Assembly (NCBI RefSeq): GCF_009914755.1
Contig: NC_060926.1
Reading direction: 5' to 3' (one strand)
Length of the DNA: 64,000 bases
Source of the DNA: the human T2T-CHM13v2.0 reference genome, Homo sapiens
Below the pieces are notes generated by a model that was not told where the DNA came from, ran no database searches, and was given only the letters and a program-made list of their open reading frames with translations. Position 1 is the first letter of the stretch. Every line of letters begins with the position of its first letter. Below are positions 12,621 to 25,077 of the stretch, piece after piece. The position numbers and the translations under genes were made by a program.

Positions 12621-15600
12621 CAGCCCCTAAGTTGAGGTGTGGGTTCAGTTGCACAGCTTTTAAATCCTATTGTGATGATACAGTGTTAGATAATAGGGCT
12701 GTAAAGAATCCCTTGGTGTGTGCTTTATTTCACGAAGGACGTTATTCTTGAGTAGGAAGAGATTGATACTGCAGAGCCATTGGATATTTTTAGTTTAAAT
12801 ATGGCTCTGTCACATCAATATGTGCTTGATAATATACAGTGCTTTATAAGTGAGGTTTGGAGAGAAAAGAAAGATACAATAGTTTGTAATATCTCAACTT
12901 TATAAAATGTTTAAATATATGTATAGGAAAAAGACTGTTAAGATGTATATCAAGATATTATCAGTAGTGGAATTACAGTTGGCTTAAATTTTTTCCTTTG
13001 TGTCTAAAATTTCCATAAAGAACATTTGTTTATAAGAACATCTATATTTATACACGTGTATGTATATTTGTACATTCTTTTTTGTTTCAAGAATTAGCCC
13101 ACACTTCATCAAACTGTCCCAGCTTGAAATGAAATAGTGATATTCTAAAAAGTGTCCATTCATTCATTGAACAAATATTTATTATTTACTGATTTCCTGG
13201 CACTAGGAACAGGGCAGTGAAGAAGACAGCCGCCCCTTGCTGCACATAGAATCTGGTTACCCTTCGAGCCAGCAGAGCAGTGCCACAGAGCACTGTTTTC
13301 TAAAGAGAAGCTGTCATAACATTGGTTGTGCTTTGTGGAAGACAGAACTGGTAGGAATGTCCAGCTCCTCCTGCTTGGTTTCTGGAGGAGGTGCACCATG
13401 GACTGCACACCCTTGCCATGTGTGCAGTCCTGGCTCAGCAATCTGAGAAAATGATGCCAGAAATTCTGCTCTCACCTTTCTTTTTGAACCCAACTATCGG
13501 AAGTATTGAATGATAAGGGATTTCCTGATGAGTTCATCCTGTTGATTCTGAGATGTAGCAGATGGCAAACTAAGACAGAGGGAATCTAATGATGTACTAG
13601 AAATTCCTAATGGTTGCAGACACCCTAAAGCTGAAGACAGTAGGCTCCATATGCTCCACCATGGATTCTGATGTCCAGGCACTGCAGCAGAGCCCTAGGT
13701 GGATTGGCTAAGGTTGAGGGACAATATGATAGATTTTGGAGAGTCTTTCTTCCTCTTCTTCATCTTTCTCACTCTTTTGGAAAAGAAGAGGAAAAAGTAC
13801 GGCTCAGACAATTCCAAGGGGTTGGAGAGACATGGTTTCTCAAGGAGGTGCCTCCTCTAGAAGAGTCTGCACACCATATTCCTAATCTGTGTCATCGTGC
13901 CTTTGCTGATCTATAGATGGCTTGAATTTGAAGGCCTTATGAGCTTGGAACAGAAAGGCAGTATTTATAGAAGAAGCATTTAATTTCTGGTATTTTAAAA
14001 TTTCTGGTACATAGAGTGTTGCAGGGTCACTCTCTGGGGTCTTTGTTTGGTACATTATTAAAATCACATTTATTTCAGCCAAAAAAGTGCTCTTTGAAGG
14101 TTTCATTGTAAATGCCACAAACAAGATGCTCATATCATCTTAACAACAAAAAAAAAGGCCCAATTTGCAATGCTGATGGCTGGTCCAGCTCTGCTGGGTC
14201 ATACTTAACATGAAGAGTCTGCTTGTGAAACTTACATCTCCTAATGGAAGCTGATGGTTCTATAAGAAGGGTGCCTTCAATCACCCCCAAGTTCAGCACA
14301 TATCCCACTCATGGGTGGATCACGGTGGTCAGAGAATTGTTAGGGCAATGTTAGGGCTCCATGTGCATGGACAGCAACCCCAGTATGCTTCTTTTTGAGA
14401 CCCTATTTTATTTGCTTTGTGATGGAATGGCAACCACTCAACATATAGATCCTAGGGGCAGCCTAATGGGTATCAAACTGTTTTATATGCTCCAAGGCAA
14501 TAATATTGAGCAGAGGACTATCTCAAGCTTTGGAGTGGAAGCAGATTTCAATTGCTTACTAGGAGTGCTTATGAGTATTTATACTACTGGATGTCGCAGC
14601 ATACCTTCTTTTTAAAAAAGGATCTTACCTTTGTCAATCAGAGACAGTGTGTGATGAAAGCATAAGGGGAAGAACAGGTATGCAACCACAAACTTCAATG
14701 GAGGGGAAAAAATCCCTACTGAGCAAACTATAGCATCTAGATTTAGTGGTCATACTCCCTCGGCATTTACAGTAAAGTTTGTCTACCAATAAATGGGTCT
14801 GCTGAAGAGAAAAGGGGGCACCTTAGCCCCATTTTGAGGTCCAGAGACCAGAACCTTTCCAGCTGATAGGGAATCACCATCTAGGACCAACAAACTCACA
14901 TGTCTCCTTTACCAGAGTATGCAATGTAACAAGCCAATTGCAGGTTGTCTAATTATTCATGGGAACGGGATAGTTTTGATTGAATTTGCTTATCTTTCTT
15001 TTCAAGATGAATGCAACCAAATATTGATTTGGCATTAATTAACTATTGATTTAGACCTAACTGGTCCTTTCCTTACCAAGCTCAGAGTTGGAAAAACCTT
15101 ACAGTCTATATATAAATGACTTTCTTTCCCAACCAGAAGCTTCTGAAGGCACTTACTATCAAATCATAAAACCTTAGTCATGTTTTGGGAATATGTTGAC
15201 CCTTTAGCCTCAACTACGGTTGCAAGTGCTTGTGTATGTAAGTCTCAGAAAGGCAACACAGTCCAGTACAATTACATATGTTGCGTAGATGTTTGATGCA
15301 TACATTTAAAAATTGGATTAATTTTATATATAACTTTATTATTATATTCTATTACATTTATAACCACTTCTAAGGCTTAATTTTTAACCTGTTTATTAGC
15401 ATAAATTTCAAATTCTTTATTTTGGAGAGTTAAAAACATACAAAAAATAGAATACCATTAATATAATGAACCCAATGCAGTCATTGCCTAACTTCAGCAG
15501 GAATCCAGGTTTTGCGGCTTGTTTCATCTGTCTCTTCACATGCAGTGTGTGTTTGTTTTGTTTTGTTTGCTAGCGTATTTCAAAGCAAACCTCTGGTATC

Positions 15601-18600
15601 TGTCAACACTATTTCATTCTCAAGAAGTCCTAATGTGGTCAAATAAAATTTGCTCAATATATTTCTGCTGTCTTATTTTGATAAAATGTACAAAAAGATA
15701 TACAAATAATATAAGGAAATTTTCAACTAAATAATAAGACTTGAGAAAGTGGAGGTTTCTACATCAAAAGATAATAAATAAACATAGCTGTATGTATATA
15801 GCACATATAATGCATTTTAAAAGGAACCAAAAGAAAAATATCAGATTCTTAAGGACTTAGCTTTCAACCCTAACAATATTTGTGCTTTATGATTTTTTTT
15901 GAGGACAAGGACGGTATGTTTTGTCCATGTTTAGAAATATAATTTATATTTTATTTCTGATAAATTACCAGTGAACTGCATATAATATAACATATGGTTT
16001 ATGACCACAGAAAATGAAGCAGATCACTTGCTGCACATTAATTGTGTAGAAAGACAGATCTCTCAAAGTGCCACAGAGCCCAGGTTGGTGAATTTCAAGA
16101 ATTTGAGGCTTCTTCAAAGCTCAAATTTTTATTAGCCATAATTCAGCCAAAACTAAACTTGAGACCCATGAAAATTTAAAACTTTTTATAGCTCCCAACT
16201 TAACACCCTTAGGTGCCAGGTTTCAGTCCCAAGAAAGTGCCACTAGGAAATCATACACCGTGGAAAATGGAGGCTGTGATAAATGACCATGGCTCTGCTG
16301 CTGGGTCTCCCTGACCTGGAGGATTTGGCTGGCGTCATAAAACACAAAGCGACAGATTAAGCAGTTTACCAACATCATAAAAATCTCAAGAATAAATTCA
16401 CTTTAATCAAAAATCCTATATTGTAACTAGGCAGCCCCAGCCTCGAAACCACATACATTTACGTATAAGCCTATGTCCGTGAGCAAGAGGTTATACTTTC
16501 CCTGTAACGTCGGACATGATTATGTTCATACACTTTTACAATTTACATGTCCTAAGAAAAATACCCAGCTCTGGCTGATGGTGCGGGAGAATTTATTTTC
16601 ACTAGAAAGGGAATGACCCATAACTCATGAATGGCAGCGCTTAAAGTGAGTTATGGAGGTTACTCTCCTGTGAGAGGAAATGGATTGGATTATCCTTCTG
16701 CCCAATTGTATGTTTGGTTATTAGCACACCAGGTTCTTAATTATGTGCAGCTTTGCCTTTTTTCTTTTATAAAATAAATGTGGATAAAGGCAATGTCAGC
16801 TGGAAGCATGGAGTGCCTAATTGGGGCTCTGAGATGCAGTCAGAGAGAAGAAAAATAGAAACCTTTTTTAAATGATTAAAAGACAGGAGTCTTAAATGTA
16901 ATTTAAACACAGTATTCAAATTGATTAGCCCCATAGTTAATTTATTGTGTCTGGTGCTGATGTTCTGCAAAAACATTTAAAAATTACTCCTTTTCTAAAT
17001 TAAAAATTTGCCATCTTGTAGGTTACATTTGCATGAAGATTAAAGAGTTGGTTATTCTATCATGTAGATTTTATTATAGTATTACAATAATGCTGCCATT
17101 TATTTTAAAGTAAATATAACAAGTTACTACTTTTTTGATAAGGAAATACAATGTAAAAATGATGTTTGATGATTACAAATATGATTACTGTTTATTAATT
17201 TATTTCAGTCAGTTACAGAACAAAACATCTAGATCTCTCTGTAACTTCCAGTGTTACAGTCTACAAAGGAATTTGATTTCTGTTGAGATTAGGATTCTGA
17301 TTATTGAGTAAAAATATTTTATTTAAAATTTCAATTGGTTCTGTATTTCTTGGACAGGGAGGGAGGAGTTTCAGCTGTGCTTCTAAGATCTTCCAGAATG
17401 AATTTTCTACCTCAAAAATCAAGGACTTTTCTGGAAACTGCAGTCAGAGGACAGAACATCAGCCTCAAGCTGGTAAATAGGATGGATTTTCTCCCTAAAC
17501 ATCCCTTCTGCTTTCTAGTTTGAATTATCAATAAAATGGTTTGGCTTATCTCTGAAAATAACCTTGTTGACAACACAAATATGGATTTAAACACGCTACC
17601 TCCACATTAAGATTTAAGAAGCCCCCAGTAAATGTCAGGGGGTGTCAATGTGTTTGCTGTGATACTTGGTTATTATTAGTGTTTAACTGCAATTCCCCAC
17701 CAGCGCCACGCTGCCTGCACCACCATAAATTTTAATGTGATCATGTGCTCTTCTCTTTTCATATCCAGTGAATTCTGCAAGATCATAATATTCTATATGA
17801 ACCCTAGCTGAACCTTAGTGTGATATGAAGAAAGAACAAGATTTCAAGCAATAATAGTTGTTCACCATTTTATAGCTTTTTTTAACTGGACACTGAGCAA
17901 CATGGTTCCTTGAATAATATTACCCTAAACTAAATTCACTCATTCAATTAATCTTTATTGATACCCTACAGGATGCAGGGCATGGCTCAAAGTGCTAATG
18001 AGTACATTTATGGGATAGTAAAGAATACTGACTCTTAAAGAAATCTTTTTTTTTCCCCTTGGAAAATCTGTCAGAGCTCATACATCATTTATAAAACCGA
18101 AAAAAATGTCTCTGCAACCTTGGCACCACTACATGCCTTTTATTTTACAGAATACAAACAAAAGCAGAGTCATTTCCGATATCTAGTCTACATCGTGAAT
18201 ATAAGAAATATGTCCCTCATCTTTTATCATGTATTTATAGTTATAATTTATTTATTATGTATGTGCATGATGGAATATTTGTTCTATAAACTTCTATTAG
18301 TAAAGAAAATTTATATGATGATCATTCATCTGCAGGTTTTCTTCCTCATTTTAACCACAAATAATAACTGTCACTACCTACTGTATTTGTCAGAGGAATT
18401 CAAAGTATTTGGGAAATTTTAACTATCTAAATATCTTTTTAAAAACAAAGAATAACATTGAAGCTTTCAAATTTATAAATGTGAAATTTCAGACCAGAGG
18501 CATGGAACAAATTAATAAGTCATTAACAGGGTTCCCAGTGAATAAAATGTTCATCATTTTATATCAATTTGCCTGTCCTACACAGTAGTTCTTTTTTTTT

Positions 18601-18668
18601 TTAATTTCTAAAGGAACAAAACCGCTTTGTTACCTACACATGAACCTGAATACTTTTGCAAAACACAA

Positions 18669-18678
18669 TGCTGAGTCA
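18669..18678 (+). promoter_or_regulatory. ARE/MARE motif (NFE2L2/BACH1-sMAF, embedded AP-1)
   Basis: Exact TGCTGAGTCA in non-repeat sequence. Confidence 0.4.
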
Positions 18679-19121
18679 ATAAGTTTATTTTCCACCCGTG
18701 AAGTGATTTTAGGGTTAAAGGTTAGGAAGCTGGGGCATATATTTATAATTTGCTTGTCCTGTTGTACGTGGTGCCAAAATTTGTTCAGCAGTGACACACA
18801 ACTATGCATTTCCCCATTCCCAGAGACAATAGGCTTGGAAAAATACACAATCACAGATTTAAGGTCACACGGAGAACACTATTATTCACTTTAACAGCAC
18901 GGTATGCAAGGTGGCAGTCATAAAACAGGCCCATCCTGATGGGAGATGCTCTTTTCCGACAGACTGGTTTTGTTGCTATCTCTTTTAGGAAAAACATTTA
19001 TTTTGTGGTGGGGTGTGTACCTCAGTATTCCCTGTGCTAGAAGAAAAGAAGCACTTTCAAGGAAGGTGGGTAAGGTTTTTTCCCCCTTTTCTGGAAACCA
19101 GCTGAGAAACTTTGCCTTGGA

Positions 19122-19135
19122 GCGCCATCTAGAGG
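19122..19135 (-). promoter_or_regulatory. Candidate CTCF site (reverse)
   Basis: Minus strand CCTCTAGATGGCGC, near consensus with CpG retained. Confidence 0.6.
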
Positions 19136-21927
19136 AAGCCTCAGCACACACACGCTGTGCTTTCTTAGCCTTATGACATGACCCAGGTTGAATCCAATGG
19201 TTGGTACATGGTGAGTTTCTTTTCTTTTCTTTCTTTTTTCCCCCCAGATTAATAGAGAATTTTGGTTCTAACACAACCCACAGACAGGAAATATGAGATC
19301 ACTGGAATGGAAATTTAATCACTGATAAGATCAAAACATTGAAAGGCTTTTAGAATCTTCAGGAGTGCCAAAAGCATGAGTGCCCATTGGTGGTAAGAAA
19401 TAGGGCATCATTTTACCATAGGCCGAGTCACATTCCAGAGATGAGAATTGATGAGCGAGTTAAATTTATTTTTAGCTACACTGATTGAGTCGTCTTTGTT
19501 ACTTCTGTAATTATTTTCTTAATTAAAAAATTCTGATTAACCAGATTGACCAGAGTCAAGCTTGGAGAAGATACTTACGTTAGAGAGAAACAAATGTTGA
19601 CACTTTTAACTGACTGTAACCCTTAGTTAAGTTCAACAAAATTTAATGAGCAGAAAATACTATCTTTTCCAGATGTGGCTACTCAATACAATGTGAAGGA
19701 GAACAAAATAACGTTGTATTCTTTCTGAAGTCATGTTTTTGTTTTGTGATCTCCTCCACCCACCCTCCTTAGAGAAATTTGACAATGAAGTCTCCTCTTT
19801 CTGTGTTAGCATGAATGCAAAAAAACAAAACCTAAGCCTTCTCCAACAATGCTGCTCTTCAAGATTGCTGAGCATACTTGCAAAAACAACTGTACCCTGG
19901 AAATATTCTGACGATATGAGCATCCCCATTGTGGTGACATAGTTTAAGAATTCTATTCTCTTCAATTTCTTGGAAAGGATCAAAATTGCCCATATAATGG
20001 AAATACCCACTGCAGAAAACTGGATATATATTTCCTTTTGCTCCTAAGTGTCCACTGTGACCCTGCTGCTCTTGCCAGTTTCCCCTATTCCAACTATTTT
20101 AAGGTTTGTCATAAAAATCTGTCTCTGTCCTTGACATTTCTAACTCAAAAATGTCACAGCCATTTCTTTTTCCTTCATTGAACAGGGTTCCTACTTACTT
20201 ATTTTGGCAATTCGCATAAATCCATAGGTTTTCCCAAATAATGGGTTAAAAAGTTTTTTATTGAATGTCCTCTGTGGGCCAGACATATGAAATCTGTACA
20301 CAAAACATTATACCTTGTTTACTGAGGTAGGATATGGAAAAACAAAATGAAGATTTTTTTTTTCCAAGCAATGGTTGTTACTTGAGCTATTAAGCCTCAT
20401 GGTTCAAAGCACCTTCCTTTCTCACTTGATGGCTCACTCCTCTAACGGTGGATGCAACAGAAGAATGGAATCAGTCCAGTTTTCCCAGGCCAGTCTGCCT
20501 GTTTATTAAGCAGTTGAGGACCCAAAGCACAAGTCCCTAGTATAAAAGACATTCTGGCCCCATCTTATGCTAGATGCACATTTCAGCTCATGTCAATTCA
20601 ACATACATTTTTTGAAAACCCACCAAGTACATGACAGAGTGCAGGGTGCTGGTGTGACCCTCAATAAATGGTGGTTGAGCAAATAAGTAGATGCTGTTGA
20701 AAAAACAAGAAATGATCTCTTCCCTCAGCAGCTTACTCTATAGGAGGATGACAGATTTGTAACTTAAAATACACAGTAGCAAGAAAGATGTGTTGTACTA
20801 GATACAGTACAGGGAAAGAAGTAATTATTGATGATTTGGGAGAAAGGGGAAGACTTTGTAGAAAAACTGGCACTAGATGAATGCCTTAAAGGATGAGTAA
20901 AATTTTAATAGGCAGAAAATGAGGCAGAGTTTTTTTTTTTTTTTTTGAGAAAGAAGCAGAATTGTCTTTGTTCATTTGGACCAAAGGAAAATGCATTTCA
21001 TTTGGCGTTCTGATTTTGTGTTTAAATTTTAGTCTGGGTGCAAAAATATAAGGTATTTATTTTATGTTGGAAGAGTCCAAGACTCACATTCTTTTTTTTT
21101 GTATGGCAATATGTTTACACACACCCACAGATATGTACGTACACATGTGTGTATATATAACTATGAAGCCAAAGAAACCAACATATTTAAGCCAGAAAAC
21201 ATTGTACTTGATGATAGTGTAACAATGTAGTAGAAATTATGCCAAAAAAAGCCTTATTTCTTGCCAGAAGAAGTAAATAGAGGATTTGTTTCAATATTTG
21301 CCACAAACATTTGCTTTGAGATTAAATTCCAAGGCTTATATCTGCCCAGCTGCACTAGATATCTCCGTGAAACAGACTGGCCACCATCACTGGGTTAAAA
21401 CCCCACGGGACGAGATTTTAAGGCAAGTAAGCCCTAAACCTGGAGAGTGCGCACTCTTACCCCTCTTTTCTCCTTGGCCTCCCTGGGCATTGTCTCAAAT
21501 AAGCATCCTCTCAGGATTTCCATATTCCTGCGGGTGATGTTCACACCTCCCTACTGGCTTTCCACCAGCCAAGAGAGTCATATCCAGTGATCTCTTTGTT
21601 CTGTTACTCAACTACATTTCCTCTGCAAAAAGATTACTTTAAAAATCTGAGCATTTCTTTTGTAAAAGAACAAGTTTACCAAGAAAAAATACTGAACAGA
21701 AGCTCAAGTAATCATTCCAAGGCTACACTGGCTTCAAGGGGTCAACAATGTTACAGCTTTCAAGCTCAGAAATTGCTGGCACATATATACTTTCATAACC
21801 AGGGTAGGTAAGTTCCAACATAAAATGATCACATGGTAATTTTTCAGAGAAATGGAAATGTAAAGGAGAAGGCCTGCCAGTTCCTACGAATGAGAAATGA
21901 TCTTCCACCATCACTAAGCACACTTAC

Positions 21928-22035
21928 GGTTAACATCGCGAACATCAGCTGACACACGTTGAAGGCATGTCTCCAGTTGTGGTATAGAACCATCCGATAG
22001 TTTTTCCTCACTGTCAAAAGCCACCTACACAGTGT
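21928..22035 (-). CDS. PDE11A: PDE11A coding exon, 108 nt (probably exon 12): [36 protein letters not shown]
   Basis: Acceptor ctctccctcccatttcag, donor ACC|gtaagt; YHNxxH catalytic motif; phase 0-0. Confidence 0.97.
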
Positions 22036-22159
22036 CTGAAATGGGAGGGAGAGGGTGCGTCAGGCAGTTGTAAGTGATTCTAGTGGACCCTTATCTCAAT
22101 GGTGCCTTATATCTGAGTAACCCTCAGTGATCAAAGGCCTTCCACAAACATCTCTTCTG

Positions 22160-22275
22160 GTTCTCACAGTAATCCCATGAGGTGTGCAGGGCAGGGATTA
22201 TCATCCCCATTTTGTATTTGGGAAACCAGTGGTTCAGAGTGGCTAACACGTTGTCCCAGGTGAACTGCTTGGATC
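22160..22275 (-). mobile_element. MIR fragment inside the 260-bp intron
   Basis: ttctcacagtaatcccatgaggt...attatcatccccattttgtatttgggaaacc...gtggctaacacgttgtcccagg. Confidence 0.65.
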
Positions 22276-22295
22276 ACCCAAGACAGACATCTTAC

Positions 22296-22442
22296 CTCAT
22301 AGTCAATTTTAAATTTCTGTACCATCCCCAGCTCCATGAACATCCGGAGAGCAGCTGTGATCATGGCATCAACGTCGAGAGAAAAGTCATCAAAATGAAT
22401 GTCATCGATGGCAAGTTCTGACACCAGAGGGATGTTGGCTGC
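22296..22442 (-). CDS. PDE11A: PDE11A coding exon, 147 nt (probably exon 11): AANIPLVSELAIDDIHFDDFSLDVDAMITAALRMFMELGMVQKFKIDYE
   Basis: Acceptor tcttttgcttttctag, donor GAG|gtaaga; phase 0-0; partly seen in supplied ORF 22164..22424. Confidence 0.97.
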
Positions 22443-24341
22443 CTAGAAAAGCAAAAGACATAAGTCAAGCCAAGTTCACCAGCTTTCCCAAACCCCCATC
22501 CTGCTCTCCTCCCCTGCTTATCAGAAGTGCCACATAAATCAGGCCTGACCTGCACTTACACCCTGATACAGCTAAACTCTGAGCTGTAAATGTCTTTTGT
22601 TTCTGAACTGCAAATGCCCCAAGCAAATGAAGGTGGGGGCAGGGTTGGGGGCGGGGGGAGGGAAACTAATCTGAAGATAAAATACACGCACTGGATCTAG
22701 CCTGCAGAATTTATAATACAGAACTGTCAAGTTTATGGAAACTGTGGTCATACAATATATTCTGATGCATATTACAGAGCACTAAATGCAAGAAACATCT
22801 GGGCAGCCAGCAGCTGTGAATTTTAATTGATGCTATTCAGGAGAAGGAGAAGGGAATACACCACTTTGCCTTGTTTCTTATATCCTTATATCCTGTAGCT
22901 TGCACGTGTTCTTTGTTACACACGTGTTCTGTATATTCAGAATGATCGAAAGGATCAGACAGCACATCTCTGGTGGGAAATATGTTGCCTTAATAAAATA
23001 GAGATATCTGAAGGTTTAGCATAAGCCTATGTTTCACTGAGGAGATCAATTTTGCTTTCTTGTTTAGCTTCATTCTATATAAACATCACAACATAATTAC
23101 AATACTGGTCATACATATTCAAGGTTTTCAAAACACCCATGTTAGGCAACTGTCAATCAGCTGCCCACAAACGAGCCTAAAGAGGAGAAAAAAAATCTTT
23201 GGAAATCATTTGTATGGTGATTTCATTGGGTTTACCATATTCTTTGGATCACTCTTGGTAAGGGAGTCACTTTTATATTTTCAGGTTATCAGAGACCATT
23301 CTGTATTCATATTCCTATCTATTCACTGGGTTTAAATTACCCTGACAGTAATTTATGCCCTGGAGCTACTTACTTTGGCTAAGAGATTCAATCCAACTCT
23401 GGCTGCTCTAAGCATTCCAGAAACCACATAATTAATCCTTGCTTCCCAACTCTATGCTCCTCCATAGGTGGAGCTTAGTTTTTCCATGTACTTGCAATTA
23501 ATTCAACCCCTAAACTCTCTATCAGTTGTCTAAGTCTCTTCTCAAAATGTTCATATGCTTTGGGCATTCCGTCAGTTTCACGAATAAATCACTCCTGGAA
23601 CTTCCCGCATTTCTCCAGTCTAGACCAACTATCTTATAAGTCTGATGTGTAGTTTTCATCCTAGGATATTCCTTCACCATAATTGTGGGGATGCCTTTCT
23701 CTCTTTCTTTTGTTTCTCTAGCCCACATCTTTCTCTTTCTTGCTTTCTCCTCTCATTTTGGTGAGACACATCCTCTAACAGATTCCCAAGAAAAGGTGTG
23801 GGGTAGATTTGTGAGGCTGTGCAGTCTGAAATGTTTTTGTATTACTGTCACATTTCATTAATAGTTTGCCTAGGTAAGATTTCTAGGTTGGAAATCATTC
23901 CATTAGAATGTTAAAGGCATTGCTCTTTGAGCTTTCGATGTTACTTTTGAGAAGTCAGAAGCTATTCTGTGCTATTATACTTTGAAAATAACTCCCCCCT
24001 CCAACTGAGTTTTTGTAGAATCTTTTTGCTTCAAGAGTTCTGAAATGTCATACAAATGTGCCTTGGTGTGAGTTTATTTTCATTCATTATCCTAGGCACT
24101 TTGTAAGCCCTTTTCTTTTTTCCCCCTTTTTTTTTCCAGTGTATCTATTACAGGTTTTTGCTTTGTAGTTACCATGAGGCTTAGCTTTAGCTGTAGTAAA
24201 TTATTTTAAAGGCTTATCATTAGCTATAATAAATTATTAAGATGACATCTTAATTTTGATTGCAAAAAAAGAAACAGAGGGAAAAAAGATACTTAATTCC
24301 ATCCCCCTCTGCATTTTGATTTTTTGTTGTCACTTTAAATC

Positions 24342-24601
24342 TTTTTTAAAAATTTATTTATTATACTTTAAGTTCTAGGGTACATGTGCACAACGTGCAG
24401 GTTTGTTACACATGTATACATGTGCCACGTTGGTGTGTTGCACCCATTAACTCGTCATTTACATTAGGTATATCTCCTAATGCTATCCTTCCTCCCTCCC
24501 CACACCCCACGACAGATCCCGGTGTGTGATGTTCCCCGCCCTGTGTTCAACTGTTCTCATTGTTCAGTTCCCACCTATGAGTGAGAACATGCGGTGTTTG
24601 G
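24342..24601 (-). mobile_element. Primate L1PA 3' end (about PA4-6), 5'-truncated
   Basis: ttattatactttaagttctagggtacatgtgcacaacgtgcagg...cccacctatgagtgagaacatgcggtgtttgg. Confidence 0.95.
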
Positions 24602-25077
24602 TTGTAAGCCCTTTTCTTAATTGGAAAATTATGTCTTTTAATTCTAGAAAAACATTTTAAAATAAGCTCTTTGAAGATCTCTTCCTCTCTTTGTTTTTCT
24701 GAAATTCCCTTAACTTGACCTTTGGACTGGTTTGTCTTTCTTTTCTTTTTCTTTCTTTCATTTCTCTTTTCCTTTAGTTTTTATTTTCTTTTTCTTACAT
24801 GTTTTTCATTTCTCATATTTTTTCTTTTCCTTTTTGCTCTGCTTTCTAGGAAATTTCTTCTTACTGTTGAGATTTTAATACCACGGTTTTCATTCTAAGA
24901 GCTCTTCTTTTGTCGTCTGGATATTCCTTTTTATGTATTTTTAATAGTACCCTAATTTTATTTCACGGATACAATATTTTCTCTTACCTGCCTGAGGATG
25001 TGAATGACAATTCTATTTGTCATTTTCTTCTCTTCTTATAATTGGCTTCACTCTCTGTACTTTGTTTTAGTCTCTCC

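Noticed and set aside
13520-13555. Box C/D-like words (tgatga...ctga)
   Set aside because: Too close together, with no terminal stem or guide sequence for a snoRNA
22164-22295. C-terminal extension VRCLSWVIQ... of the ORF containing the PDE11A exon
   Set aside because: Read-through past the gtaaga donor into MIR-derived intron; relevant only if the intron is retained
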